From the NCBI GenBank assembly GCA_040752415.1, contig JBFMGU010000125.1, positions 1 through 30,446 of the forward strand: 30,446 nt of DNA, written 5' to 3'. Under the pieces are notes generated by a model. That model saw nothing but the letters and a program-made list of their open reading frames with translations, did not search any database and was not told where the DNA came from. The first letter of the stretch is position 1. Every line of letters begins with the position of its first letter. The stretch is from Myxococcota bacterium. Its GTDB lineage: Bacteria > Myxococcota > JACRCW01. The position numbers and the translations under genes are program-made. This document shows, in pieces, positions 7,426 to 16,430 of this stretch.

Positions 7426-9045
7426 TCAATCCGCTGGGGCGTCGAAGACGTAGTACGAATGTCCAACGATGGCCCTCGGTTTCGACCTGGATAGCCAATT
7501 GCCGGGACCCTGACCGTATTTCTCTGTCAACATCGCTCGTGCGCGTGCGAGTCGGTGCGCGCTGATGATGAGGACCCGATTCCTCATCGAGGCGACATCG
7601 TCTGGCTCGTGAATCAACTCGCCTTCGACTCCATAGAAGCGCGGCTTCACCGGCGAGAATGTCCACAGGGCGTAGTCCCCCACGGGGTTCCGCTCGAGCC
7701 ATTGTCGCAATTGGATGAGCCCTTGGCCCCAGTCGACGTTGGAGTCATCCAACCAGTCCGGGCCGCGCGCCGGTCCGCCAGCCAAAGCGTTGAAGTAGGA
7801 GAGATGATCCGGGGTGATCAGCGTCGCATCCACCGCGCCCCAGCCCAACAATGCTGAGACGACTGCCGCGCGGACCCGGGTGGTCAGCAGCGTCGCGACC
7901 TTGCCTGCGCAAATGTAGAGCACAGGCAGTGCTGGTAGCGCATAGCGCACTCCAATGTTCGCCGTGGCGAAAGAACTGACGAGCAGAAACGAAGCCGCCC
8001 AGCACGCCATGACCACTTCATCTGCCCAGGGTGCACGCGGGCTCCGGAGCGAGACCAACAGCCCTACGAGCACGAGCACGATGGTTGGAAGCGGGGTCTT
8101 CAGAAACAACGCCCACAGCAGATAGTCCCGACGGCCCTCGTCCCACAGCTGACTCGCAAAGTAGAAGCGGTAGTCGGGCCGGTGATCGTCGTACACCTCG
8201 CGGATTCCCGCCCAATAGAACAGGGGGTCCGGGGGGCAGAGGTAGACGACCCAGAGCACGACCAGGGCCACTCCGAACATCGGAAGAACGACGAACGCTG
8301 TCGGCCGGTGCTTGGGCGGGACACCCGACGGCGACGAATCCCGTGTGAACCGGAGCGATGCGCACCCCAGCACGCCTGGTATGAGGGCCAACAGCAGCAC
8401 TGCGGAAAACTTGGTGCCCAACGCCAGTCCCAGCGTCAGTCCGCACGGCAAGGTCCGACCGCGGGTCGGGGCCATGAGGTATTCGCGGAGTGCGTACAGG
8501 CAGAGTGTCGCGAAGAACGCCATTGGGACATCTGTCGTGATGACCTGAGCATGGGCAAGGAAGTTGGGATCGAGGACGTAGAGCGACGTGGAAATCACGG
8601 CACCGTTGAGTCCCCAGAGCTTTCGGGACCACAACGCCACCAGTGCGGCGAGGGCAGCCGACATCAACACCACCGGGAACCGGCCGAAGAAGAAGACGAG
8701 CGCGCGGTCGTCATGCTTCAGCAACGCGTCTCCGATGCGGAGCTGCGATCCAGGCACGTCCGTCGCGGCGCGGATCCACTCCGGATCGAGCGTCTTCCAC
8801 TTCAGCATAAGCGGCCCTATCGCGCACAGCTCCTTGGCCAGGGGAGGATGCTGCGGGTTCAACGTGATGCGCCCGGTGAGAAGATAGGAAACGCCCGCCG
8901 CCAGGTGCGCCGGCTCATCTGCGGTCACGGACTTTTGAGCCATGCAGAGGACGGGGATGGCAAAAGCCAACCCGACCAGCAAAAACAGAACCTTCTCTTG
9001 CCACGGAATTGCCCGGTCTTCCGTGGGGCGGCGCGCCGCGTCCAT
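7426..9045 (-). CDS. GT-C glycosyltransferase, family 39/ArnT/PMT-like membrane protein
   Basis: TADEPAHLAAG, NPQHPPLAK, LAHAQVITTD, GLALGTKFSA, GVRYALP, LSYFNALAGG, DSNVDWGQ; many TM segments. Confidence 0.88.
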   Translation of the reverse strand: MDAARRPTEDRAIPWQEKVLFLLVGLAFAIPVLCMAQKSVTADEPAHLAAGVSYLLTGRITLNPQHPPLAKELCAIGPLMLKWKTLDPEWIRAATDVPGSQLRIGDALLKHDDRALVFFFGRFPVVLMSAALAALVALWSRKLWGLNGAVISTSLYVLDPNFLAHAQVITTDVPMAFFATLCLYALREYLMAPTRGRTLPCGLTLGLALGTKFSAVLLLALIPGVLGCASLRFTRDSSPSGVPPKHRPTAFVVLPMFGVALVVLWVVYLCPPDPLFYWAGIREVYDDHRPDYRFYFASQLWDEGRRDYLLWALFLKTPLPTIVLVLVGLLVSLRSPRAPWADEVVMACWAASFLLVSSFATANIGVRYALPALPVLYICAGKVATLLTTRVRAAVVSALLGWGAVDATLITPDHLSYFNALAGGPARGPDWLDDSNVDWGQGLIQLRQWLERNPVGDYALWTFSPVKPRFYGVEGELIHEPDDVASMRNRVLIISAHRLARARAMLTEKYGQGPGNWLSRSKPRAIVGHSYYVFDAPAD

Positions 9046-9270
9046 GAATGCCTCACCTCTGACGGGCGCTCAATGTTCAAGCGATCGTCCACGGCGGATG
9101 GCGGCCGTGCGCGATCAGGCCCAGCCTTGAGAACGACATAGTCGTGACCCAGTGGATCGAGAAACGAATCCTGGCACGCGGTGGTGTTCGAGCAGGTGAG
9201 GAATCAACCGCTCGTTGCTTAAACGGTATTAGGGGTAGGTAGTCCTCCAAACCACCGCAAGGAGCGCACC

Positions 9271-12200
9271 GTGCGCATCGGCGTCGCGATCTTGTTCCTC
9301 GTTGCCTGCTTGTCTTCGACCGCGTACGCGGAGTGCACATTGCCCGGCCCGGATACGGACGGCGACGGCATTTCCGATCTCTGCGATCTGTGCCCGATGG
9401 TCCCGGATCCGGGCCAGATTGACAGCGACTTCGACTCGCTCGGGGACGCCTGTGATCCCTGCCCGCTGAACGTGGTGAACATCGTGCCGTGTCTCATGCC
9501 GCCACCGTGCACGGACACGGACGCCGACGGGCTGTGTGATGATCTGGACAACTGCCCGCTTGATCCGAATTCCGGCCAGGAGGACCTGGACTCTGACAAG
9601 ATTGGCGACGACTGCGACGGTGACGTCGATGGGGATGGCGCCACACCCGCTGGCGGCGACTGCGACGATCTGGACCGCACCCGTTTCCCGCTCGCCTACG
9701 ACAGCTGCCAGGACGGGATTGACCAGGACTGCAGCGGCGCGGATGCCACCTGCGGCTCAGGTCCGAATGCGCCGCCACGCGACAAGACCGTCCCGACGCC
9801 ATTCCATCGCAATGTGGAGTTTCTCTACACCGGCGCGCAGCCCGTGCAGACAGGGGTGTCCGCGGGCGCGATCAAGGATTACAGCGTTTCGGTCATCAGG
9901 GGGGTGGTGAAGGAACAGAACGGTGATCCGCTGTCGGGCGTCACCATCACGATCGTGAGGCACCCCGAGCTCGGACAGACCGCTACGCGCGCGGACGGTC
10001 AGTTCGACATCGCCGTGAACGGCGGCGGGCCCTTGGTGGTGAACTACGAGAAGAACGGCTTTCTCCCCGTGCAGCGCTCGGTGCAACCGCGGTGGAACAA
10101 CTTCGCCATTGCCGGCGACGTCGTGATGCGTCCCCTGGACCCGGTCGTAACTACTGTGGACGTGGACGGAACCGGTGCGTTCCAGGTTGCCGCGGGAAGC
10201 ACAGTGACGGACTCGGACGGCACCCGGCAGGCCGTGTTGATGTTCCCAGCGAACGTCACGGCTGAACTCGTGTTTGCGGATGGTACGACGCTAGCCCAGT
10301 CTTCCCTCGACATCCGGGCCACGGAATACACTGTGGGCACCAACGGCCCTGCCTCCATGCCGGCCGACCTGCCGCCGTTCAGCAAGTACACCTACGCGGT
10401 GGAGTTGAGCAGCGACGAGGGCTGGACGCTTGGGGCTCCGCACGTCCAGTTCTCCGAGCCTGTTCCGTTCTACGTCGAGAACTTCCTGGACTACCCCGTG
10501 GGCGACCCCGTTCCGGCGGGCTACTACGACCGCGAGCGAGGCACGTGGGTGCCGATGGACAACGGCGTCATCCTCCAGATCACTTCGATCACCGGTGGAC
10601 TGGCGGATCTGGACACCACAGGCGACGGCGTGGCGGAGAGCAATGCAGCGCTCGCCGACCTGGGAATCAGCTCCGACGAGCAAACGGAGCTGGCGCTGCG
10701 CTACTCCGTGGGTCAAAGCCTCTGGCGGGTCGCGCTCCCCCATTTCAGCACTGTGGACCTCAATTGGCCCGGCGCCCAGGATTTTTATCCTCTCCCGCCC
10801 GCGCCTGACAGTGACAACCAGTCCGAGACCGATGGTTCTGAAGGCTGCGGATCCGTGATCGACTTCCACAATCAGACCCTTGGCGAGTCGGTGCCTGTCG
10901 TCGGCACTCCGTATCGCCTCCACTATCAGAGCGATCGCACTGCGGACTACGGAAAGCGCCTCAAGTTTCCAATCAGCGGGTCCGTCATGAATCCGGAATG
11001 CCTCGAAATCGACGTTCGAATTGAGATCGCGGGGCGGGTGGTGACCCAAACCTACCCGGCGCTGGCGAATCAGACGGTTACTTATGAGTGGGACGGGTTG
11101 GATGCATACGGGAGACCGGTGCAGGGCCACACGGCAGCCAGGATCACCGTAGACCATGTCTATCCTTCGTGGGCGCCCAGGCCCGCGCCCGGGCGCGCCT
11201 TTGGTCAACCAGGCACGGACCCCCGCGTTGGCCAGGTGCAGGCACGCGAACCCGCGCTGCGAGGCAGGACTTTCGAGGTCACGGTAGGAAGCCTGAACGC
11301 CGCCACCACTGGGCTCGGCGGATTCTCGTTGAGTCCCCACCACACCTACCAGCCGCGCTACAACGAGCTGGCACCAGTCCTCCTCAGGGGTGACGGGCGC
11401 CGCATCCGTCGGGACATGTTGCGGGCTGAGCTTGAAGTGATCGCCGGGCAAATTGGAGTGCAAGGATATTCTGGCGACAACAGCCAGGCCACGAACGCCC
11501 GGATCGACTACATCAGCGGCATCGCCGTCGGGCCCGATGGAAGCATCTACCTTGCGGACAATGAAGAATACCGCATCCGCAAGATCTCTCCTGACGGCAT
11601 CATCACCACCATCGGCGGCACCGGAGTGGAGGGCGCAAGCGGCAACGGTGGACCAGCGCTCAGCGCGACCATGGCGCCGTGGGACCTGGCGCTGGGACCG
11701 GACGGCAGCATCTACTTCACCGACACGGAGGATGGCACCGTCCGTCGCATCGACCCGCAGGGCATCGTCGATCGCTTCGCTGGCACCGGCATTGGCGGAT
11801 ACAACGGAGATGAGATCCCCGCTGTCGACGCACAGCTGTACGGCCCCCTTGGGCTGGCGGTGGCGCCAGATGGGACAGTCTACGTGGCGGATCGCGTGAA
11901 CAGGCGTGTTCGGTCGATCACTCCCGATGGGATCATTCACACCGTCGCTGGTACTGGTGTGAGCGGCACGTCTGGAGATGGCGACCCTGCCAAGGATGCC
12001 ACGTTGATCAGGCCTTGGGACGTCGCGCTGGGCTCTGATGGCAGCCTCTACATTGGCGACGCATGGGCGAACACCATTCGGAAGGTCGACACCGATGGGA
12101 TCATCACCCGGATCGCCGGCAACGGAACCTACGGAACCGGGGGCGACGGAGGACCGGCGCTCGACGCGCAACTGGGTGTGTCATCCCTCGCCGTTGGTCT

Positions 12201-15200
12201 TGATGGGACAATCTACGTCACACACTACGCTTCGTCGTCTGGGCACACAGGACGCGTCCGCTCCATTTCGCCGAGAGGAATCATCAACACCGTGGCTGGC
12301 GGTGGCACGGTCTTCCGTCAGGATCGGCCGTCGCCCAGAGTCTCCCTCCAAATACCTGCGGCGTTGGCGGTGGCCCCCGACGGGGACCTCATCATCAGCG
12401 ACACCTCCTACACGCGCGCAATCGTGGTGCGCACATCGCCAGTGACCCAGGGCGCGATGCTGGGTGACGCCCTCGTGGCATCCGAGGACAGCAGGCTGGT
12501 GTACGTGTTTGATGCCGACAACCGGCACTCCCTCACGCTGGATGCTGTGACGGGTGTGACGGTGAACGCGTTCCGCTATGACGGGCAGGGATTCCTCACC
12601 GTCGTCGAGGATGCGAATGGCCGCGTCACCAGGATCTTGCGGGATGGCAACGGCGCGCCCACTGCCATCGTCGCTCCGGATGGGCAGACCACCACGATCG
12701 GCCTCAACGCCAATGGCCTCATCCACACCATCACCAATCCGGCGTCGCAGTCATACACGTTCGCCTACCATGGGACGGGGGCCCTGCTGGCGACGATGAC
12801 CGATCCGAACGGTGGCGAATACGCGTTCACCTACGATGCTGGTCGCCTCTCGCAGGACGACGATGCCGCGGACGGGTTCACCGCTCTTTCCCGAACGACG
12901 TCAACCAACAGCTACTCGATGTCCGTGGTCACCGCGGAGGCCGTATCGACCACATACAGCGTCGACACAACGCAGGAGAGCCGGAAGGAGATCGAGAACA
13001 CGTTTGCGTTCGGCGGTGTAGCGACCATGACGCGCGCCGACACTGGCGTGACGACGGTGACGCCGGCGAGCGGGATGCAGCACACGTCCACGGTGGACGC
13101 GGACTCGCGGTTTGGCCTGGAAGCGCCGGTGACCATCAGCGCGTCGACGGTGACTCCGGGTGGGCTCGCCCGATCCATCACGCGCACGCGTGAGGTCACC
13201 CTCAGCAACCCAAGCGATCCGCTGAGCCTGCAGTCCTATGCCGAGACCCGTTCGGTGAACGGCAAGACGTGGAGAACCGAATACGACCCACCCACACGCA
13301 CGCGCACGACCACCACTCCGGAGGGGCGTACTTCTACCGTCACGTCGGACGCGCGCGGTCGGCCGATCGAGGTCGTCTCCGGCACGATGGCTCCCACGCA
13401 GCTCAGCTATGACCCGATGGGTCGGCTCATCAAGCGGGTGCAGGGGACCTCGTTGACGGACCAGCGGGTGACCAACGTTGGGTACGACGCGCAGGGACGG
13501 CTGGCGCAGATCACGGACGCCATGTCGCGCACGACGACCTTCGAATACGACGCAGCAGATCGGCTCACCAAGACGACGCTGCCCGGCGGCGCCGAGATAC
13601 AGCTCGGGTATGACGGCAAGGGGAACACCACGTCGGTCACGCCACCGGGCAAGCCGGCCCACGCCATGGACTACACGCCAGTGAACCTGCTGGAGACCTA
13701 TGACCCACCCGCAGCAGGGTTTACGCCGGACTTGACGACGTACAGCTACAACAAGGACCGCAAGCTGACGTCCGAGGCGCGTCCCGACGGTCAAACGGTG
13801 AGCTACGGTTACAACGCCGCGGGCCAGAACACGACGTTGACGTACAGCGCGGGAACGCGCGTCCACACCTACGACGGGACAACAGGAAAGCTGGAGGTGT
13901 TCACACAGCCCAACGGGGACACCCTGACGCTGACCTACGACGGTGATCTTCTCACCCAGCAGGCCTGGGCGGGAAACATCAACGGAGCGGTGCAGTTCAC
14001 CTACGACAACTTCTTCCGCCGGGCGACCCGCACGGTGGGCTCCAGCACCATCATGTACGGGTACGACGACGACAGCCTACTCACCCAGGCAGGCAGCCTG
14101 GCGTTGACTCGGGACGCGCAGAACGGATGGGTCACCCAGAACCAGCTCGGCGATACCACGGAGACGTTCAGCTACAACGCATTTGGCGAGTTGGAAGCGC
14201 ACGAAGTGCTGTTCCAGGGCGTGGTGCGCTACTCCGCCCGGTACACGCGGGACAAGCTTGGTCGCATCACCAGCGTGACCGAGGCCTTCGGCGATCCACT
14301 CGCGATCCCACCGCCGGTGTCGCGTACGCGCGAATACGACTACGACACCGCTGGCCGGCTGGTGCTCGTGGTGGAGAATGGTGTGCCGGCGGCGCAGTAT
14401 ACGTACGATCAGAATGGGAACCGTCTCACGAAGTGGGCGCCGACCGGAGGAACGGTGTCTGCCACGTACGACGACCAAGACCGGCTGCTCACGTACGGGA
14501 GTCTCGTCTACACCTATACCGAGAACGGCGAGCTGGAGACGAAGACGGATACCTCCACTGGGGACGTTACGACGTACTTGTACGATACGCTCGGCAATCT
14601 TGTTAGGGTGGACCTACCGAACGGCGATGTCGTCGAGTACGTCGTTGATGGAAAGAACCGGCGTGTGGGCAAGCGCGTGAATGGCGTGCTCACGCAGGCG
14701 TTCCTCTACGAGAACAAGTTGAGAGTCGCCGCCGAGCTGGACGGTGCAGGCAACGTGCTGGCGCTCTTTGTGTACAGCGAGAGTCCCAACTCACCGGACT
14801 ATGCGGTGAAGGGGGGCAACACGTACCGCATCACCAAGGACCAAGTGGGCAGCCCGCGCTTGGTTGTGGACAGCGCGACCGGCAGCGTGGCGCAACGGAT
14901 GGATTATGACGAGTTTGGAGTTGTGACGTCGGAGGTGCCGGCCGGCTTCCAGCCCTTCGGGTTTGCGGGCGGTCTGTATGATCGCGACACCGCTTTGGTG
15001 CGGTTCGGCGCGCGCGATTACGACGCCATGACGGGACGCTGGACGGCGAAGGATCCGCTTCGATTCGGAGGTGGCGACACGAGCCTTTACGCCTATGCGC
15101 TTGGCGACCCCATCAACAACAGGGATCCGTCCGGGAATTTCGCACAGATACTGGTGCCCATACTGTGGGCGTTTGTCGCTGTGCTGGAGGCGGAACTCCT

Positions 15201-15522
15201 CAACGCAGCCGTTGGGAGTGCCATTGCGCTAGCAATCATTGCAGCGCACGCCTCGATTTTGGATCTGATTAACATGGCCGCCGCGGAGGAGGAGGAGGAC
15301 GTCGAGGAAGTCACCGACGACCAGATAATTTCCGAGGAACCGGTCACCACGTGCTCGACCGAGGCTCAGCCGAACAGCCCAATGCAGGTGCCGATGACGC
15401 CGCCAAATCCGCGCTGTGTTGCGTTGGCGAACCTTGCAGCCGTCGTATGTTCGGCCGCATTGGTTTTCCCTCCCGGTTTCTGCCACGCGCTTCATGCCAC
15501 GCTTCTGCTCGCGTGTGGATAA
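9271..15522 (+). CDS. Secreted teneurin-like RHS/YD-repeat protein, 2083 aa (signal peptide, TSP3-like and MopE-like Ca-binding repeats, FN-plug, NHL propeller, YD shell, RHS core, C-terminal putative toxin)
   Basis: AAGGAG RBS + GTG; DTDGDGISDLCDLCP, DCDD..DGIDQDCSG; TATRADGQFDIAVNGGG; YEWDGLDAYGR; NHL repeats (AVGPDGSIYLAD); YD repeats; FGFAGGLYD..RFGARDYD..GRWTAKDP..YAYALGDPINNRDPSG. Confidence 0.93.
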   Translation: MRIGVAILFLVACLSSTAYAECTLPGPDTDGDGISDLCDLCPMVPDPGQIDSDFDSLGDACDPCPLNVVNIVPCLMPPPCTDTDADGLCDDLDNCPLDPNSGQEDLDSDKIGDDCDGDVDGDGATPAGGDCDDLDRTRFPLAYDSCQDGIDQDCSGADATCGSGPNAPPRDKTVPTPFHRNVEFLYTGAQPVQTGVSAGAIKDYSVSVIRGVVKEQNGDPLSGVTITIVRHPELGQTATRADGQFDIAVNGGGPLVVNYEKNGFLPVQRSVQPRWNNFAIAGDVVMRPLDPVVTTVDVDGTGAFQVAAGSTVTDSDGTRQAVLMFPANVTAELVFADGTTLAQSSLDIRATEYTVGTNGPASMPADLPPFSKYTYAVELSSDEGWTLGAPHVQFSEPVPFYVENFLDYPVGDPVPAGYYDRERGTWVPMDNGVILQITSITGGLADLDTTGDGVAESNAALADLGISSDEQTELALRYSVGQSLWRVALPHFSTVDLNWPGAQDFYPLPPAPDSDNQSETDGSEGCGSVIDFHNQTLGESVPVVGTPYRLHYQSDRTADYGKRLKFPISGSVMNPECLEIDVRIEIAGRVVTQTYPALANQTVTYEWDGLDAYGRPVQGHTAARITVDHVYPSWAPRPAPGRAFGQPGTDPRVGQVQAREPALRGRTFEVTVGSLNAATTGLGGFSLSPHHTYQPRYNELAPVLLRGDGRRIRRDMLRAELEVIAGQIGVQGYSGDNSQATNARIDYISGIAVGPDGSIYLADNEEYRIRKISPDGIITTIGGTGVEGASGNGGPALSATMAPWDLALGPDGSIYFTDTEDGTVRRIDPQGIVDRFAGTGIGGYNGDEIPAVDAQLYGPLGLAVAPDGTVYVADRVNRRVRSITPDGIIHTVAGTGVSGTSGDGDPAKDATLIRPWDVALGSDGSLYIGDAWANTIRKVDTDGIITRIAGNGTYGTGGDGGPALDAQLGVSSLAVGLDGTIYVTHYASSSGHTGRVRSISPRGIINTVAGGGTVFRQDRPSPRVSLQIPAALAVAPDGDLIISDTSYTRAIVVRTSPVTQGAMLGDALVASEDSRLVYVFDADNRHSLTLDAVTGVTVNAFRYDGQGFLTVVEDANGRVTRILRDGNGAPTAIVAPDGQTTTIGLNANGLIHTITNPASQSYTFAYHGTGALLATMTDPNGGEYAFTYDAGRLSQDDDAADGFTALSRTTSTNSYSMSVVTAEAVSTTYSVDTTQESRKEIENTFAFGGVATMTRADTGVTTVTPASGMQHTSTVDADSRFGLEAPVTISASTVTPGGLARSITRTREVTLSNPSDPLSLQSYAETRSVNGKTWRTEYDPPTRTRTTTTPEGRTSTVTSDARGRPIEVVSGTMAPTQLSYDPMGRLIKRVQGTSLTDQRVTNVGYDAQGRLAQITDAMSRTTTFEYDAADRLTKTTLPGGAEIQLGYDGKGNTTSVTPPGKPAHAMDYTPVNLLETYDPPAAGFTPDLTTYSYNKDRKLTSEARPDGQTVSYGYNAAGQNTTLTYSAGTRVHTYDGTTGKLEVFTQPNGDTLTLTYDGDLLTQQAWAGNINGAVQFTYDNFFRRATRTVGSSTIMYGYDDDSLLTQAGSLALTRDAQNGWVTQNQLGDTTETFSYNAFGELEAHEVLFQGVVRYSARYTRDKLGRITSVTEAFGDPLAIPPPVSRTREYDYDTAGRLVLVVENGVPAAQYTYDQNGNRLTKWAPTGGTVSATYDDQDRLLTYGSLVYTYTENGELETKTDTSTGDVTTYLYDTLGNLVRVDLPNGDVVEYVVDGKNRRVGKRVNGVLTQAFLYENKLRVAAELDGAGNVLALFVYSESPNSPDYAVKGGNTYRITKDQVGSPRLVVDSATGSVAQRMDYDEFGVVTSEVPAGFQPFGFAGGLYDRDTALVRFGARDYDAMTGRWTAKDPLRFGGGDTSLYAYALGDPINNRDPSGNFAQILVPILWAFVAVLEAELLNAAVGSAIALAIIAAHASILDLINMAAAEEEEDVEEVTDDQIISEEPVTTCSTEAQPNSPMQVPMTPPNPRCVALANLAAVVCSAALVFPPGFCHALHATLLLACG

Positions 15523-15546
15523 ACCCTTGATAGGTTGGAGGGCGCC

Positions 15547-16026
15547 ATGCTGTCGATTCTTCGCTGGTTGGCTGATGGCGTACTCCAAGTACGCATCACC
15601 TACAGGGTATTCAAACTGCACGGAGCGGCATGGCGCAACCAATTCTCGGAAGCCCTGAACCATGCGCGCGTCTTGCGCTCCTTGGCGGTGCGCGTGGGAG
15701 ATGAAGGACGGCGGTCGCACGCAGAAGCCGTCGCCTTGTGCCACATCTTTGAGTGTCACGCGGCGTTGGGTGACGTCACCTCCGCGGTCTCCGCGGGCGT
15801 CGAGGCGATGCGGATGCAATCGAAAGCGCACAAGAACCTGTTCCTGGCGTGGGAGCTGCCGAGGCAGCGAGCAGGCATCCAGGACGCGTCCTTCACCATC
15901 GCACTCAAGCAATACCTGGTAGATCACGCGGTTACTCTGTCGAACTCTGAAGCAGCAATCGTGGCGGTAGTTGAGCGGATGTTTGACGCTTCCAGGGAAG
16001 CGGAACGTTCGCAGGATCTGCGCTGA
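15547..16026 (+). CDS. Hypothetical helical protein, candidate immunity protein
   Basis: GGAGG RBS + ATG 15547, 24 bp after the RHS stop; 159 aa; function inferred from position only. Confidence 0.55.
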   Translation: MLSILRWLADGVLQVRITYRVFKLHGAAWRNQFSEALNHARVLRSLAVRVGDEGRRSHAEAVALCHIFECHAALGDVTSAVSAGVEAMRMQSKAHKNLFLAWELPRQRAGIQDASFTIALKQYLVDHAVTLSNSEAAIVAVVERMFDASREAERSQDLR

Positions 16027-16116
16027 GCGCCACGCGAGCCGGTCACGCGGCGTTATGGGCTCCCTTCCCGCCGGCGACCTGACGCTTCAGTTGGTCGCGC
16101 TCGAGGAAGGTGTCGA

Positions 16117-16413
16117 TGACCTTCACGACCTCGTGGCGGTGTGGTGAAGGCCAGCATCGGGAAAGTCGGCGGCGCGCATCTGTTGCTGCGCACGTGCGCG
16201 ACGCTCTTGCTCGAGAACGGCGCAGATGTCCGGTTCATCCAGATGATGCTGGGACATGCGCTCGTCTCGACAACGGAGATCTGTACCCACGTGTCGATCG
16301 GGAAGCTGAAGGAAGTGAACCACCGAGCCCACCCGGCGGCTCGGGAGGGACATGCTGGCCTGGCGCCACCACACAACAGCCACCACCAGGTACGTGTGAA
16401 CTCAGCGGGTTGA
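16117..16413 (+). pseudogene. C-terminal fragment of XerC/XerD-type tyrosine recombinase, inactivated
   Basis: GGAHLLLRTCATLLLENGADVRFIQMMLGHALVSTTEICTHVS matches box II HxxRH..ATxLLxxGAD..IQ.MLGH...TTxIYTHV but lacks the HxxR Arg and catalytic Tyr; N-terminal domain missing; probable frameshift near 16140. Confidence 0.88.
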
Positions 16414-16430
16414 TTTTTCACATTAGGAGA

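Noticed and set aside
9171..9190. Sigma-54 promoter (TGGCACG) upstream of the teneurin-like gene
   Set aside because: No GC at the -12 position
16110..16430. N-terminal extension of the 501-aa ORF (likewise ORFs starting 902, 7368, 17744, 24189)
   Set aside because: Extensions overlap other genes or intergenic DNA and read as non-protein; internal starts with RBS, signal peptide or domain boundary fit better
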